Of a stretch of DNA of 64,000 nucleotides, positions 30,112 through 39,784 are shown piece by piece. The translations under genes and the position numbers were made by a program. Below the pieces are notes generated by a model. The model saw nothing but the letters and a program-made list of their open reading frames with translations, made no database searches and was not told where the DNA came from. Location: positions 1,120,001-1,184,000 of the forward strand of contig OY969699.1 of NCBI GenBank assembly GCA_963702025.1. Reading direction: 5' to 3'. The stretch's first letter is position 1. Every line of letters starts with the position of its first letter. The stretch is from an uncultured bacterium. GTDB taxonomy: Bacteria; Babelota; Babeliae; Babelales; Vermiphilaceae.

Positions 30112-31122
30112 TCAATTATCGTTTGAAGAAGCTACTTTTGTAACTTTCTCAATTACTTTTTTCACATAACATAGTTGTGCAATTTTGAGCCAAATTTCGT
30201 CGGGCAAGGAGTGCTCGCCCCGAGCTAAGAATCGGCACAAATGTATCGGTTTTGCCCATTGTTCAATAAATTGCACACCGGCATCATATCTATTATCTAC
30301 TGCTTGCGCTAAAGTCTTTGGAGTATCTCCACGTTCATCAAATATCTGTGTTCTAGCCCCATGCTCGAGCAATAAGCGAATAAGAATTGTTTCTTCAGGT
30401 TTTTCGCAACGTACTGCGTGGAATAATGGTGTTCGCCCATCTCTATCTGCAGTATTTGGATCTACACCATACTGTAACAATAATTTCATGATTGCATATC
30501 GTGCATCATTGGGAAAAGGCCAATAGCTCCCTCTGGCAACCACATGTAATGCTGTCGAATTATGCACCGTGTCCACAGCACAGGCGTCCGCACCTGCTTC
30601 TAAAAGAAGTTTTACATTCTCCACGGCACCCTCTGATACCGCCTCATGTAATGCCGGCCATTTACCAAACATTTGATTCGGATTGGCCCCATGCAAGAGC
30701 AATTTTTTGGTAATCTCACTATACACATCCTTACGGAGTGCATAATACAAAGGTGGTAGCACAGGGTAATATTCACCTGCAAATTCTTTGATCAGTGGAA
30801 TGTCGACATTCTGTTGATTTTTTATGCGACTATCAACGAGCGCTAACAGATATTTGCCGCCCACTTCTGAATCGTTTAACCACCAACTACCATAATCATA
30901 GGAAGGTACATCAAGATGAATAATTTCGTTCTCAAAAACCATAATCGGCTTTTTTTGCAGTGCATCAAATATTTTTTGTCGCTGTAAAGTCCGCTGTGCG
31001 CTGCGCTTGTTTATTTTTTCTAACTGTTTGTTATTCAAATGCGTTACTCGCGGCTTTCTTTCCATAACATGGGTGCTCAGCATGAAAAGTAATAGAAGAA
31101 ATCCATAAAAATGATACTGCAT
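30112..31122 (-). CDS. Secreted ankyrin-repeat protein with C-terminal F-box-like motif
   Basis: PALHEAV, TALHVVA, GRTPLFHAV and GDTP repeats. C-terminal LPDEIWLKIAQL. ATG 31122 follows GAGGA. Confidence 0.85.
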   Translation of the reverse strand: MQYHFYGFLLLLFMLSTHVMERKPRVTHLNNKQLEKINKRSAQRTLQRQKIFDALQKKPIMVFENEIIHLDVPSYDYGSWWLNDSEVGGKYLLALVDSRIKNQQNVDIPLIKEFAGEYYPVLPPLYYALRKDVYSEITKKLLLHGANPNQMFGKWPALHEAVSEGAVENVKLLLEAGADACAVDTVHNSTALHVVARGSYWPFPNDARYAIMKLLLQYGVDPNTADRDGRTPLFHAVRCEKPEETILIRLLLEHGARTQIFDERGDTPKTLAQAVDNRYDAGVQFIEQWAKPIHLCRFLARGEHSLPDEIWLKIAQLCYVKKVIEKVTKVASSNDN

Positions 31123-31330
31123 AAAAAATATCCTCATGTTATTAACGGTAGTGCATTGATAATTAGTGTATATTGTGCGCTGGAGAATTGTGATAGGCAA
31201 TTTAAAATCATGATTGCGCCAAGGGTATTGAAAGTGCTATGGTACCAAAGAATGATTATTATAGATAAAAACACATTTGAATCGGTGATTTATTAATAAT
31301 CTATTAGTACAAACTCTGATTTCCATTTAT

Positions 31331-31966
31331 GTGGTGTCGCCAGCGATTGCAATGGAACAACCCCCAGAAGAAAATCTCGATCTGCAACTTTTTGAAGCAG
31401 CCTATAATGACAACACTCAAAAAGCAACCCAGTTACTCAAACAAGGAGCTGACGCTAATACATCCTTTGAAGGAATGACAGCATTGTATTGGGCAGCATT
31501 TCAAAATAATAATCTGTTAGTAAAATCAGTGCTTACTCAATCAACTATTGAGGTGAATCTACCGGATAAAGATGGATGGACACCGCTTCATTGGGCCACG
31601 TGTAATAATAACATGGAGATCGCCAAATTATTGCTTGCTCAACCAACGATTGGCGTAAATCTAAAAACTAACAAAGGAGACTCAGCACTTGGATGGGCCG
31701 CATTCAAAGAAAATAGCCAGATGGTAAAACTATTGCTCAACCATATAAATAAACCATCTCAAGAAACAATCGGTTTGCTGAATTCGATTTATCAAGAGAG
31801 ATCAATCTATTTTTCATTATTACCAAGAGATCTTATTGGCATGCTTGCGCAGTATCAGGCTGAATATAGCATTTGCGATGATTGCGCAAAAACAATTGCG
31901 AGTGAATCATCTGATCATATGAAAAAAATCATTGAACATGAATTATGGGCAAGAAGAGCCAAATGA
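31331..31966 (+). CDS. Ankyrin-repeat protein with C-terminal F-box-like motif (true start possibly about 31292)
   Basis: GMTALYWA, GWTPLHWA and GDSALGWA repeats. C-terminal YFSLLPRDLIGMLAQY. Confidence 0.85.
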   Translation: MVSPAIAMEQPPEENLDLQLFEAAYNDNTQKATQLLKQGADANTSFEGMTALYWAAFQNNNLLVKSVLTQSTIEVNLPDKDGWTPLHWATCNNNMEIAKLLLAQPTIGVNLKTNKGDSALGWAAFKENSQMVKLLLNHINKPSQETIGLLNSIYQERSIYFSLLPRDLIGMLAQYQAEYSICDDCAKTIASESSDHMKKIIEHELWARRAK

Positions 31967-31977
31967 TAACTTCGTCT

Positions 31978-32483
31978 GTCTTCGCATGTTTCTTTAAATC
32001 TTTTTTGTTCTACCTTAGTAACTGGCCTGCCAGGCGTCTTGTACGGCATAGCTCGAAGAGCGACGACGCAAGCCCTTTATGGGCGAAGAACTTAATTTAC
32101 AATGCAACGTAGTCCGTCTATGCTTTCGCTTCGTTAATATCAATTACTAAAGCAGATTGTGCTTCCCAGCCGTCGCTCTTCGAGCTATGGCGGGCACGCT
32201 GCCGGACAGTCTTCGCATGTTTCTTTAAATCTTTTTTGTTCTACCTTAGTAACTGGCCTGCCAGGCGTCTTGTACGGCATAGCTCGAAGAGCGACGACGC
32301 AAGCCCTTTATGGGCGAAGAACTTAATTTACAATGCAACGTAGTCCGTCTACGCTTTCGCTTCGTTAATATCAATTACTAAAGCAGATTGTGCTTCGCCG
32401 GACAGTCTTCGCATGTTTCTTTAAATCTTTTTTGTTCTACCTCAGTAACTGGCCTGCCAGGCGAAGCCCTTTATGGGCGAAGA
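31978..32483. repeat. Tandem repeat (231 and 196 bp units plus a partial unit) 3' of tRNA-Arg(TCG), with variable inserts
   Basis: gtcttcgcatgtttctttaaatc starts at 31978, 32209 and 32405. Inserts at 32037-32069, 32166-32200 and 32268-32300. Confidence 0.92.
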
Positions 32484-32484
32484 C

Positions 32485-32561
32485 TGGTGCGCCCGGAAGG
32501 AGTCGAACCCTCAACCTGCGGATCCGAAGTCCGACGCTCTATCCAATTGAGCTACGGGCGC
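32485..32561 (-). tRNA. tRNA-Arg(TCG)
   Basis: Reverse complement GCGCCCG TA GCTC AATTGGATA GAGC G TCGGA CTTCGGA TCCGC AGGTT GAGGG TTCGACT CCTTC CGGGCGC A CCA. Confidence 0.95.
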
Positions 32562-32618
32562 ATATTACATATCAATAATTTTAGCCTAATTAACGGATTT
32601 TTTCCAGTAGAATCTCAG

Positions 32619-32942
32619 TTATTTACTCGAAGCGGGGTTTTCAGGATGCGGCAGCTTTCGTAATTGATGCATATAGATGGCAAAATTATGCCAGGAATGG
32701 GACTCATTTTTTGTCACTAAACAGGTGAGCACTTTTTCCGTCGGCATTTCAACCACCTTAGCATATATCCATTTTTCTAAAAAATGTGCGGCAACAATCT
32801 CATCCTGCACAAGCTGATGAGATTGCGTAACGGCGCGCGCAGCCCTAAGATCATCTTGATGTACCGCCATCCCAAGAATACGCTCTTGCGCAGTAAGAAA
32901 ATTTGTACAGAATACTGTCAACCAAATCAATACCTTTTTCAT
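32619..32942 (-). CDS. Small exported hypothetical protein
   Basis: Signal peptide MKKVLIWLTVFCTNFLTA. 4-bp overlap with tlyA. Confidence 0.6.
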   Translation of the reverse strand: MKKVLIWLTVFCTNFLTAQERILGMAVHQDDLRAARAVTQSHQLVQDEIVAAHFLEKWIYAKVVEMPTEKVLTCLVTKNESHSWHNFAIYMHQLRKLPHPENPASSK

Positions 32943-33679
32943 GAAGATTTCCCTCGAATAAAATAGGCTAAAAACTCTTTATTTCCGGTTGCCCCTTCAA
33001 TAGGCGATTCAATTATTCCTTGGCAGGTATAACCATGTTGCACAATGCCTGCGCTAACCCGCTCTATAACTTCTTGATGAATTTTTGCATCTTTTATAAT
33101 TCCACCCTTGCCAACCTCTTCCTTACGCGCCTCAAATTGCGGCTTGATGAGCACAACCAATTTTCCCTCAGGTTTAAGCACCGCATCAACCGCGTCCATA
33201 ACTTTCAAGACGGAAATGAAAGAAAGATCGAGCGTAACCAAATCAACTAACTCCCCAAGATCGCGCACTTCACGCAAATTAGTGCGCTCATGAATAATAA
33301 CCCGCTTATCGGTGCGAATTTTTTCATGCACTTGACCATAGCCAACATCAACACCATATATTTTTTGTGCACCCAATTGCAACAAACAATCAGTAAATCC
33401 GCCGGTTGAAAGGCCCGCATCCATCACGGTCAATCCGGCTACGTCGATCTTAAAATGTTCCAGCGATTTTTCTAATTTGAATCCGGCACGGCTGACATAT
33501 TTTGGTTCTTGAATGTCATAAGAAAGTGACGCATCGGGTGATATCATAGTGCCCGGTTTGGTGACAATCTGATCATCAACCTGCACCTTGCCCTGCATGA
33601 TCCAACTTTGAATCTGCACTTTGCTATACTGAGGTAACTGCTCATGAAGAGCTTGATCTAATCTTTTTTTTGTTGCCAT
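32939..33679 (-). CDS. tlyA: TlyA family rRNA methyltransferase
   Basis: S4 domain KRLD, YVSRAGFKL, GLSTGGFTDCLL, DLSFIS, KPQFE and GNKEF motifs. Confidence 0.95.
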   Translation of the reverse strand: MATKKRLDQALHEQLPQYSKVQIQSWIMQGKVQVDDQIVTKPGTMISPDASLSYDIQEPKYVSRAGFKLEKSLEHFKIDVAGLTVMDAGLSTGGFTDCLLQLGAQKIYGVDVGYGQVHEKIRTDKRVIIHERTNLREVRDLGELVDLVTLDLSFISVLKVMDAVDAVLKPEGKLVVLIKPQFEARKEEVGKGGIIKDAKIHQEVIERVSAGIVQHGYTCQGIIESPIEGATGNKEFLAYFIRGKSS

Positions 33680-34419
33680 ACGTTTCTTCTATATTTTTCC
33701 AACGCCACTTTGCCATTGATGACCGCTTTTTCAAAATCGGTTTGTGGACCGTCGGGTAATTTTTTAATGTAGCTTTGTGCGTTACTCAGTAATTTTTTAT
33801 CGTCTAGGAGTGCAGAGACGAGCTCTTCCATTGATGACGTGAGAACCGGGCAGGATACCCACAGAACCACATCAACAGTATGCTCATTGGCCCAATCGAT
33901 AATCTTTTTTACAGTATTATCAGGAATTTGTTGTAAAGTATTATTTTCAGTTTTTATAACCCACCCAAGAGCAATGGGAACGATTCGCTCAGAATTTAAA
34001 AGAGGTTCTGAGCCCGATCTTTTTTTCACATAAAAAATAGATTGCTCACTATATTTTTTCTCTTTCTCACTAAATGCTGAGCCTTCCCGAGCGGCAAGAT
34101 TTTGCGCAGCCTGAGAAAGCACATCAAAGCAAGAAATTGCAATCCAGCAGCGTTTATTAATACCACTTTTAACATTTATTACCGCAGAAATTCTATCTTT
34201 CTTTGGCATTAATGAATAACTGATGGGAAATTGAATATCGGTGGGTAAAAAAGTTGATGAGCACAGCTGTGCGTGGGTAACCGAATGGGCTCGCATGTTT
34301 ACCAGGCTCCCGTAGGATAACACAGCAATTCTTTTTGCCTCACATTGGCAATGAAAAAGTAACAGCAAAAAAAATGTCGTACTAAAAAAGAATCGTGAAA
34401 AATAAGTTGTCGTATTCAT
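33658..34419 (-). CDS. Exported hypothetical protein with gamma-glutamylcyclotransferase-like N-terminal motif
   Basis: Signal peptide followed by IAVLSYGSLV, and later AAREG. Confidence 0.55.
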   Translation of the reverse strand: MNTTTYFSRFFFSTTFFLLLLFHCQCEAKRIAVLSYGSLVNMRAHSVTHAQLCSSTFLPTDIQFPISYSLMPKKDRISAVINVKSGINKRCWIAISCFDVLSQAAQNLAAREGSAFSEKEKKYSEQSIFYVKKRSGSEPLLNSERIVPIALGWVIKTENNTLQQIPDNTVKKIIDWANEHTVDVVLWVSCPVLTSSMEELVSALLDDKKLLSNAQSYIKKLPDGPQTDFEKAVINGKVALEKYRRNVWQQKKD

Positions 34420-34463
34420 ATAATCTTCCCTTGCCCGCAGTGTATTACAAGCACCTTTTAAAA

Positions 34464-34501
34464 TGAAGAATCTTGGTGTTTTGATGCACCAAGATTCTTC
34501 A
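34464..34501 (-). terminator. Intrinsic terminator after the HtrA-like gene
   Basis: 15-bp stem tgaagaatcttggtg/caccaagattcttca followed by TTTT on the minus strand. Confidence 0.7.
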
Positions 34502-34518
34502 CACACTTACTTTTTGAT

Positions 34519-36210
34519 TTACGACAACGGAATTGGCATCGAGCCGGCACTCATCTGTTTGCGCTCTAGATACGCAGAAATCAGTGACCGCGATGTTTCA
34601 CTCAACGCATAATGATAATCGTGTGATAATATCTGCTCTTCTTCTAATACTCTATCCCACGGAAGCACCACAAAGAGGTTATCAGAAACACGCATTAAGT
34701 TATCTGATGCTTTAATAGTTAAAAACTTATCATTAAATGCAGTGCGCAAAGCGCTGCGCAGCTCGTCCAGTGTGGTAACTTTTATACCATTTATCTCATT
34801 GATGGTTGATCCGGGAGTTAATGTTCTCATGCGATACAACTGTGAATCAGCAAAAATATGTGTGATTAAGAGTACTGATTCACTTTGGTTTTTCATCTCG
34901 GCAAATTTTACTAAGCCTGGCACCATCTTCTCCATGATATGGATGTGATTGAGACTCAATTGCATAACCACCATGCCGGCAAAGACCTCATAATCTATCT
35001 TTTCATAGCCCGGATATATTTTTCGCACGGGTGGTAATTCCATTAAATCAAACGCAATGTTAAATTCTTTGCGTTCACCTTTGCGATACACTATCACACG
35101 CACTGTTTCGCCGACCGGAATACGGCTGATATAATCAACAATCGATATTTTATCCTCACTCCATGGCACATTCATATCGCCATAGACGTCAACTTTATGG
35201 CCGTTAATGTCATACAGCATATCCCCTTGTTGCACACCGGCTTTGGCCATAGTGCTTCCTTTGACCACTTCAACAATATAACAGCCGCCCGGTTGCGGAT
35301 TGCCCAGATATTCAGTCAATGATTCAGAAGCATTATTATATAAAATTCCCAAGAACGGTTTGCGCAGCAACTTCGTTTTATGCAAATCAGGCAAAACAAT
35401 TTTTAAATCATTAACCGGGATTGCATATCCAACATTTTGAGCTTCAGTGACACCTGCAGAATTGATGCCAACCACTTCACCTGATTCATTTAACAACGGA
35501 CCGCCGGAACTGCCCGGGTTTATTGCGGCACTTATTTGCAGCATATGTTGCTCACGGCCACTAATAACACCTGTAGTACTTTTAAGCGATTGCTGACCCA
35601 GCGGATATCCGAGTGCCAAAACATCATCCGAGCGACGCACCATATCAGAATCACCCAGTGGTAAAAATGGAACACTTCCTAAAGCCGATCGGATCACTTC
35701 CAATCCATCCGGCTTTACTTTGCATAATGCAAGGTCACGGTCTGGGGTCATACCCACCACTTCGATATCAATAATTCTACGACCAAGTGAAGGAATTTGG
35801 ATCCACAGCGTACGCGATTGGTTAATCACATGAGCATTGGTTACCAAATATCCTTCTTCATTAATAAAAAAACCGCTGCCGCAGACTGAATATTGTTGTG
35901 GCGTGCGATACGGCTGCAGCAGGTCAAATTCTGCAATCTGCGCAAAAACTTGCACTACCGTATCTTTAACTTGATCCTGAATAGGTCGCCATAAAACACT
36001 TTTTGAAACAACCTTTTCAACCACTTGGGTTGGAATATCAATCTGTTTTGCCAGTTCAAAGTTGGCTGTTTGAATTTGTGAAAGAGTATCTGAAACTTGT
36101 CGCTGTTCTTTGTAGAGCAAAAAGCAGCCGAATCCTAAGGCAAATACTATGAGAATAAGCGCAATCAATGCGAAATCTTGAATTCTTTTATCGTTAAAAA
36201 TACTGATCAT
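34519..36210 (-). CDS. HtrA/Deg-family serine protease with PDZ domains
   Basis: GSGF, TNAHV, DLA and INPGSSGGPL motifs, PDZ-like regions, and an N-terminal TM. Confidence 0.9.
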   Translation of the reverse strand: MISIFNDKRIQDFALIALILIVFALGFGCFLLYKEQRQVSDTLSQIQTANFELAKQIDIPTQVVEKVVSKSVLWRPIQDQVKDTVVQVFAQIAEFDLLQPYRTPQQYSVCGSGFFINEEGYLVTNAHVINQSRTLWIQIPSLGRRIIDIEVVGMTPDRDLALCKVKPDGLEVIRSALGSVPFLPLGDSDMVRRSDDVLALGYPLGQQSLKSTTGVISGREQHMLQISAAINPGSSGGPLLNESGEVVGINSAGVTEAQNVGYAIPVNDLKIVLPDLHKTKLLRKPFLGILYNNASESLTEYLGNPQPGGCYIVEVVKGSTMAKAGVQQGDMLYDINGHKVDVYGDMNVPWSEDKISIVDYISRIPVGETVRVIVYRKGERKEFNIAFDLMELPPVRKIYPGYEKIDYEVFAGMVVMQLSLNHIHIMEKMVPGLVKFAEMKNQSESVLLITHIFADSQLYRMRTLTPGSTINEINGIKVTTLDELRSALRTAFNDKFLTIKASDNLMRVSDNLFVVLPWDRVLEEEQILSHDYHYALSETSRSLISAYLERKQMSAGSMPIPLS

Positions 36211-36234
36211 CGGCGTCCTTTAGATTTATAAATC

Positions 36235-36951
36235 TTAATGAGAAACTATGTATGTAGTTTGAGGGGTTGTTGCTTGAATAAGCGCTGCTTGCGCGGCAAC
36301 CATTTGCGCATGCTGCATCTCAATCATAGTCTGTGCATTACATTCATTGATAAAACCGGCATCTTCCTTAAGTACTTTCAGCGCACCCCGAATAACTGCT
36401 TGAAAGCCCTGGATAATGAGCATGTAATCGTTTGATGACTCTTTTAAATCAGTACGATAAGAATCGGCAACAATAGCAAACGAGGCATAATATGAATCAA
36501 GTAGATCATATTGCCGATTCAAAAATCTAAATCCCTCATAGAGCGGAAACTTTGCTTTAAAGTAGGCATCTTTTATGAGTGGTACAATATCTTGTTCAGA
36601 CGTCTCTAATAAATCAACAATCAACTGATAAGAAGCAACTACATAAAGGCCATCTCGAGCATAATTATAATGGGCTTCCGGAACATAATTAGCGCGAAAG
36701 TAACCCATAATTAACGTGCCAATTCCTCCGGCAATGCCATAAGCAAGTGCATGCTCCTGCAGTTTTGGTATTTCACCACTAAAAAGGTATCCCAATCCTG
36801 CATATGAGCCTACGGTTATCAAACCACCCTTAAGTGCCGAAAAGAGTATCGCCTCCTTGGATTTGGCAGATAATGTGACATATTCGTTTCCACATTGAAT
36901 AGTTGAGCCCACAACAAAACACCCGGCAATGAATAACATAGTTTTCTTCAT
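36235..36951 (-). CDS. Hypothetical exported/membrane protein
   Basis: MKKTMLFIAG signal and two Gly-rich hydrophobic segments. Confidence 0.65.
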   Translation of the reverse strand: MKKTMLFIAGCFVVGSTIQCGNEYVTLSAKSKEAILFSALKGGLITVGSYAGLGYLFSGEIPKLQEHALAYGIAGGIGTLIMGYFRANYVPEAHYNYARDGLYVVASYQLIVDLLETSEQDIVPLIKDAYFKAKFPLYEGFRFLNRQYDLLDSYYASFAIVADSYRTDLKESSNDYMLIIQGFQAVIRGALKVLKEDAGFINECNAQTMIEMQHAQMVAAQAALIQATTPQTTYIVSH

Positions 36952-37106
36952 TCGATTCCTTATAAGCAAAAAAATTACTTGATTGATCAATGTATACCAT
37001 GATTCGCGCACAAGTACAATGGCAAGCCCCTTTGCATCGATTTGCAAAAAAGCTATAAAAAAATTACCCTATTCCTACACTATCATTTAGGCTATTGGGA
37101 GTTTTC

Positions 37107-38417
37107 ATGAATTCATCAAGTCCGGCAACCTTAGAAAAACTAGTTGCCCTTTGTAAGCGTCGCGGTTTTGTTTATCAATCTGCTGAAATATATGGCGGAC
37201 TTAACGGGGTTTATGATTTTGGCCACCTTGGCACGCTCATGAAACAAAATATTCGCAAAGCATGGCTTGAATCATTGTATAAAACAAATGACAACATTTT
37301 GCTCTTCGAAGGAGCAATCCTGGGATCCCAAGAAACCTGGAAAGCATCCGGACACGTTGACAATTTTAGTGACCCTATGGTTGATTGCCTTAATTGCAAA
37401 CATCGCTATAGAATTGATGAGATTAACCTTGAAAAAGCATGTCCTCATTGTGGCATAAAAAAATGGACCGAACCACGCCAATTCAACATGATGTTTCAAA
37501 CGCAACTTGGTGCAGCAGCGGATCAATCTTCCATTGCCTATTTGAGGCCCGAAACAGCACAATCGATTTTCATAAACTTCAAGAATGTGCTTTCCACCAA
37601 TCGTATAAAAATTCCCTTTGGGATCGCGCAGATCGGTAAAGCATTTCGTAATGAAATTACACCCAAACAATTTTTGTTCCGCATGAGGGAATTTGAACAA
37701 ATGGAACTGGAATGGTTTTGCAAACCAGAAGAAGCGGATCATTTCTTTAATATCTGGGTAAAAGCACGTGAAGCGTTCTATCCCTACGTGGGGATCAACA
37801 AAGATAAAATTCGTTTGCGAGCACATGCCAAAGATGAGCTCTCTCACTATTCTAAGGGAACCACCGACGTTGAATATGATTTTCCTTTTGGCTGGAAAGA
37901 ACTTGAAGGAATCGCCAATCGCGGTGACTTTGATCTTCGCCAGCACAGCAGCCATTCAGGCAAAGATTTGGCCGTCTATGATGAGGAAACAAAGCAATCC
38001 TATATTCCTTGGGTGGTTGAATGTTCCGTGGGAGTCGACCGTCTCTTTTTAACACTACTCTTTGATGCCTACGCGGAAGATACGGTAGAAGGCGAAGAGC
38101 GCATTTTCCTTCGTTTGCATCCACGCATAGCGCCGATTAAAGCTGCTTTTTTACCGCTGACTAAAAAACAAGTTGACCCGATGAAAGAAATTTTTAATGG
38201 CATTCGCGCAAAAGGATATCAGATACAATTTGATGAATCGGCTTCCATCGGTAAGCGCTATCGCCGCCAGGATGAGATTGGTACCCCTCTTTGTTTCACC
38301 TACGATTTTGAGAGTGAAACGGATCATTGCGTTACGGTCCGCAATCGTGATACAACCAAACAGGAACGTATTCCTATTTCTCAAATAGAATCCTATATCA
38401 TTGCTCTATTACAATAA
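37107..38417 (+). CDS. glyQS: Glycine--tRNA ligase, dimeric (eukaryote/archaea-like) type
   Basis: KRRGF, YLRPETAQ, GKAFRNEITP, FRMREFEQMELE and IGKRYRRQDEIGTP motifs. Confidence 0.96.
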   Translation: MNSSSPATLEKLVALCKRRGFVYQSAEIYGGLNGVYDFGHLGTLMKQNIRKAWLESLYKTNDNILLFEGAILGSQETWKASGHVDNFSDPMVDCLNCKHRYRIDEINLEKACPHCGIKKWTEPRQFNMMFQTQLGAAADQSSIAYLRPETAQSIFINFKNVLSTNRIKIPFGIAQIGKAFRNEITPKQFLFRMREFEQMELEWFCKPEEADHFFNIWVKAREAFYPYVGINKDKIRLRAHAKDELSHYSKGTTDVEYDFPFGWKELEGIANRGDFDLRQHSSHSGKDLAVYDEETKQSYIPWVVECSVGVDRLFLTLLFDAYAEDTVEGEERIFLRLHPRIAPIKAAFLPLTKKQVDPMKEIFNGIRAKGYQIQFDESASIGKRYRRQDEIGTPLCFTYDFESETDHCVTVRNRDTTKQERIPISQIESYIIALLQ

Positions 38418-38434
38418 AACAGAGGATCTGTTAT

Positions 38435-39775
38435 ATGAGTAATTCTCGCTTAGCACATTTTTCTGCGGGGCGCGTTATTCTTTTTGCTCTTTTTTGTACC
38501 ATTATGCTGGGAACACTTTTACTGGCACTCCCCATTTCTCGCCTAGCGCCTATGGCATTTATTGATCTGTTGTTTACCGCTACTTCGGTCACCTGCGTTA
38601 CGGGTATCTTTACCGTGCCCCTTGATCAGTTTACTTTTTTTGGCCACTGCGTTTTGTTATTTTTGATGCAAATTGGCGGTCTTGGCATTATCACTTTAAC
38701 ACTCTTTTTGTTATCTTCGTTTATGCATTTAGGGCTTGCCAGCCAGTTGATGGCGGGCAAATTATTAGAACTAGAATCATGGAAAAATATTCGCGAGTTG
38801 CTCGAATTTATTATTCTGTTGACCGTTAGCATTGAACTGTTAGGGGCTGCCAGCTTTTTTCTCGTGTTCAGCCATGAATACTCTACCGGGCACGCATTGT
38901 TTTTATCACTGTTTCATGCCGTCTCCTTTTTTTGCAATGCGGGCATAACGCTCTTTCAGAGTGGCATCTCCGTTTATGCAAACAATTATCAAGTTATCGG
39001 AACAGCTGCATTATTGATGCTCATTGGCGGACTCGGGTTTGTTACGATCTATGAATTGATCATGCGCGTATTTGGGGAAAAAAAACATCTTCATTTCTCT
39101 TTGCAAAGTAAAATTGTATTATACGGTGCCGTGATCGGCATCAGCGTTACCGCCCTTTTAATCTGGTTGTTGGAACGGCACCATGCATTTGCCTCCATGA
39201 GCATTTTTGGCAGCGTTATCAATAGTATTTTTCATGCAATATCATTCCGCAGCACCGGATTGCTCAGTGTATCGGTAGGCAGCCTCCATTTGGCCACTCT
39301 TTTTCTTGTTTTAATAGTTTCTTTTATTGGTTCGGCCCCCGGCTCAACCGGTAGCGGTGTACGCACCACGGCGATGGCAATTTATTTAAGTGTTGTCCGT
39401 GCTGCAATTGAAGGACAAACAACCATCAATATCGGCAGCCGACGAATCGCAAAAGATCAAGTGAATAAGGCAATTGCAATTATTTCATTGAGCATTTTTT
39501 GGATAGCGTTAACAACTTTTTCTTTGCTGATAATCGAGCCGCGATGGCAATTTATCGATGTTCTTTTTGAAACGGTCTGCGCATTCACCAATCTTGGGTT
39601 GACAACCGGAATCACTCCGCATCTTTCTTCGCTGGGTAAATTTTTAATAATGTTGAGTATGATTATTGGTAGAATTGGTTCTTTGACCCTTATTTTGGCA
39701 CTGCGTAAAATTGCTCTTCGCGCAGAAAACAAGGCTGACATTGTGTATCCTGAAGAACGAGTTATGTTGAGTTAA
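38435..39775 (+). CDS. trkH: Trk/Ktr potassium uptake membrane subunit
   Basis: TSVTCVTG, QIGGLG, FCNAG, PGSTGSG and GRIG motifs across multiple TMs. Confidence 0.9.
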   Translation: MSNSRLAHFSAGRVILFALFCTIMLGTLLLALPISRLAPMAFIDLLFTATSVTCVTGIFTVPLDQFTFFGHCVLLFLMQIGGLGIITLTLFLLSSFMHLGLASQLMAGKLLELESWKNIRELLEFIILLTVSIELLGAASFFLVFSHEYSTGHALFLSLFHAVSFFCNAGITLFQSGISVYANNYQVIGTAALLMLIGGLGFVTIYELIMRVFGEKKHLHFSLQSKIVLYGAVIGISVTALLIWLLERHHAFASMSIFGSVINSIFHAISFRSTGLLSVSVGSLHLATLFLVLIVSFIGSAPGSTGSGVRTTAMAIYLSVVRAAIEGQTTINIGSRRIAKDQVNKAIAIISLSIFWIALTTFSLLIIEPRWQFIDVLFETVCAFTNLGLTTGITPHLSSLGKFLIMLSMIIGRIGSLTLILALRKIALRAENKADIVYPEERVMLS

Positions 39776-39784
39776 GGAATTTAT

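Noticed and set aside
24263..32561. Prophage or integrative element between the two tRNA-Arg genes
   Set aside because: No integrase or phage genes, and no distant att duplication was seen. The region includes lemA and DUF2207.
32388..32663. ORFs 32388-32663 and 32390-32578
   Set aside because: They are antisense to the tRNA and span repeats, so they are spurious.
37272..37955. 227-aa antisense ORF
   Set aside because: It is an antisense shadow of glyQS with no recognisable motifs.
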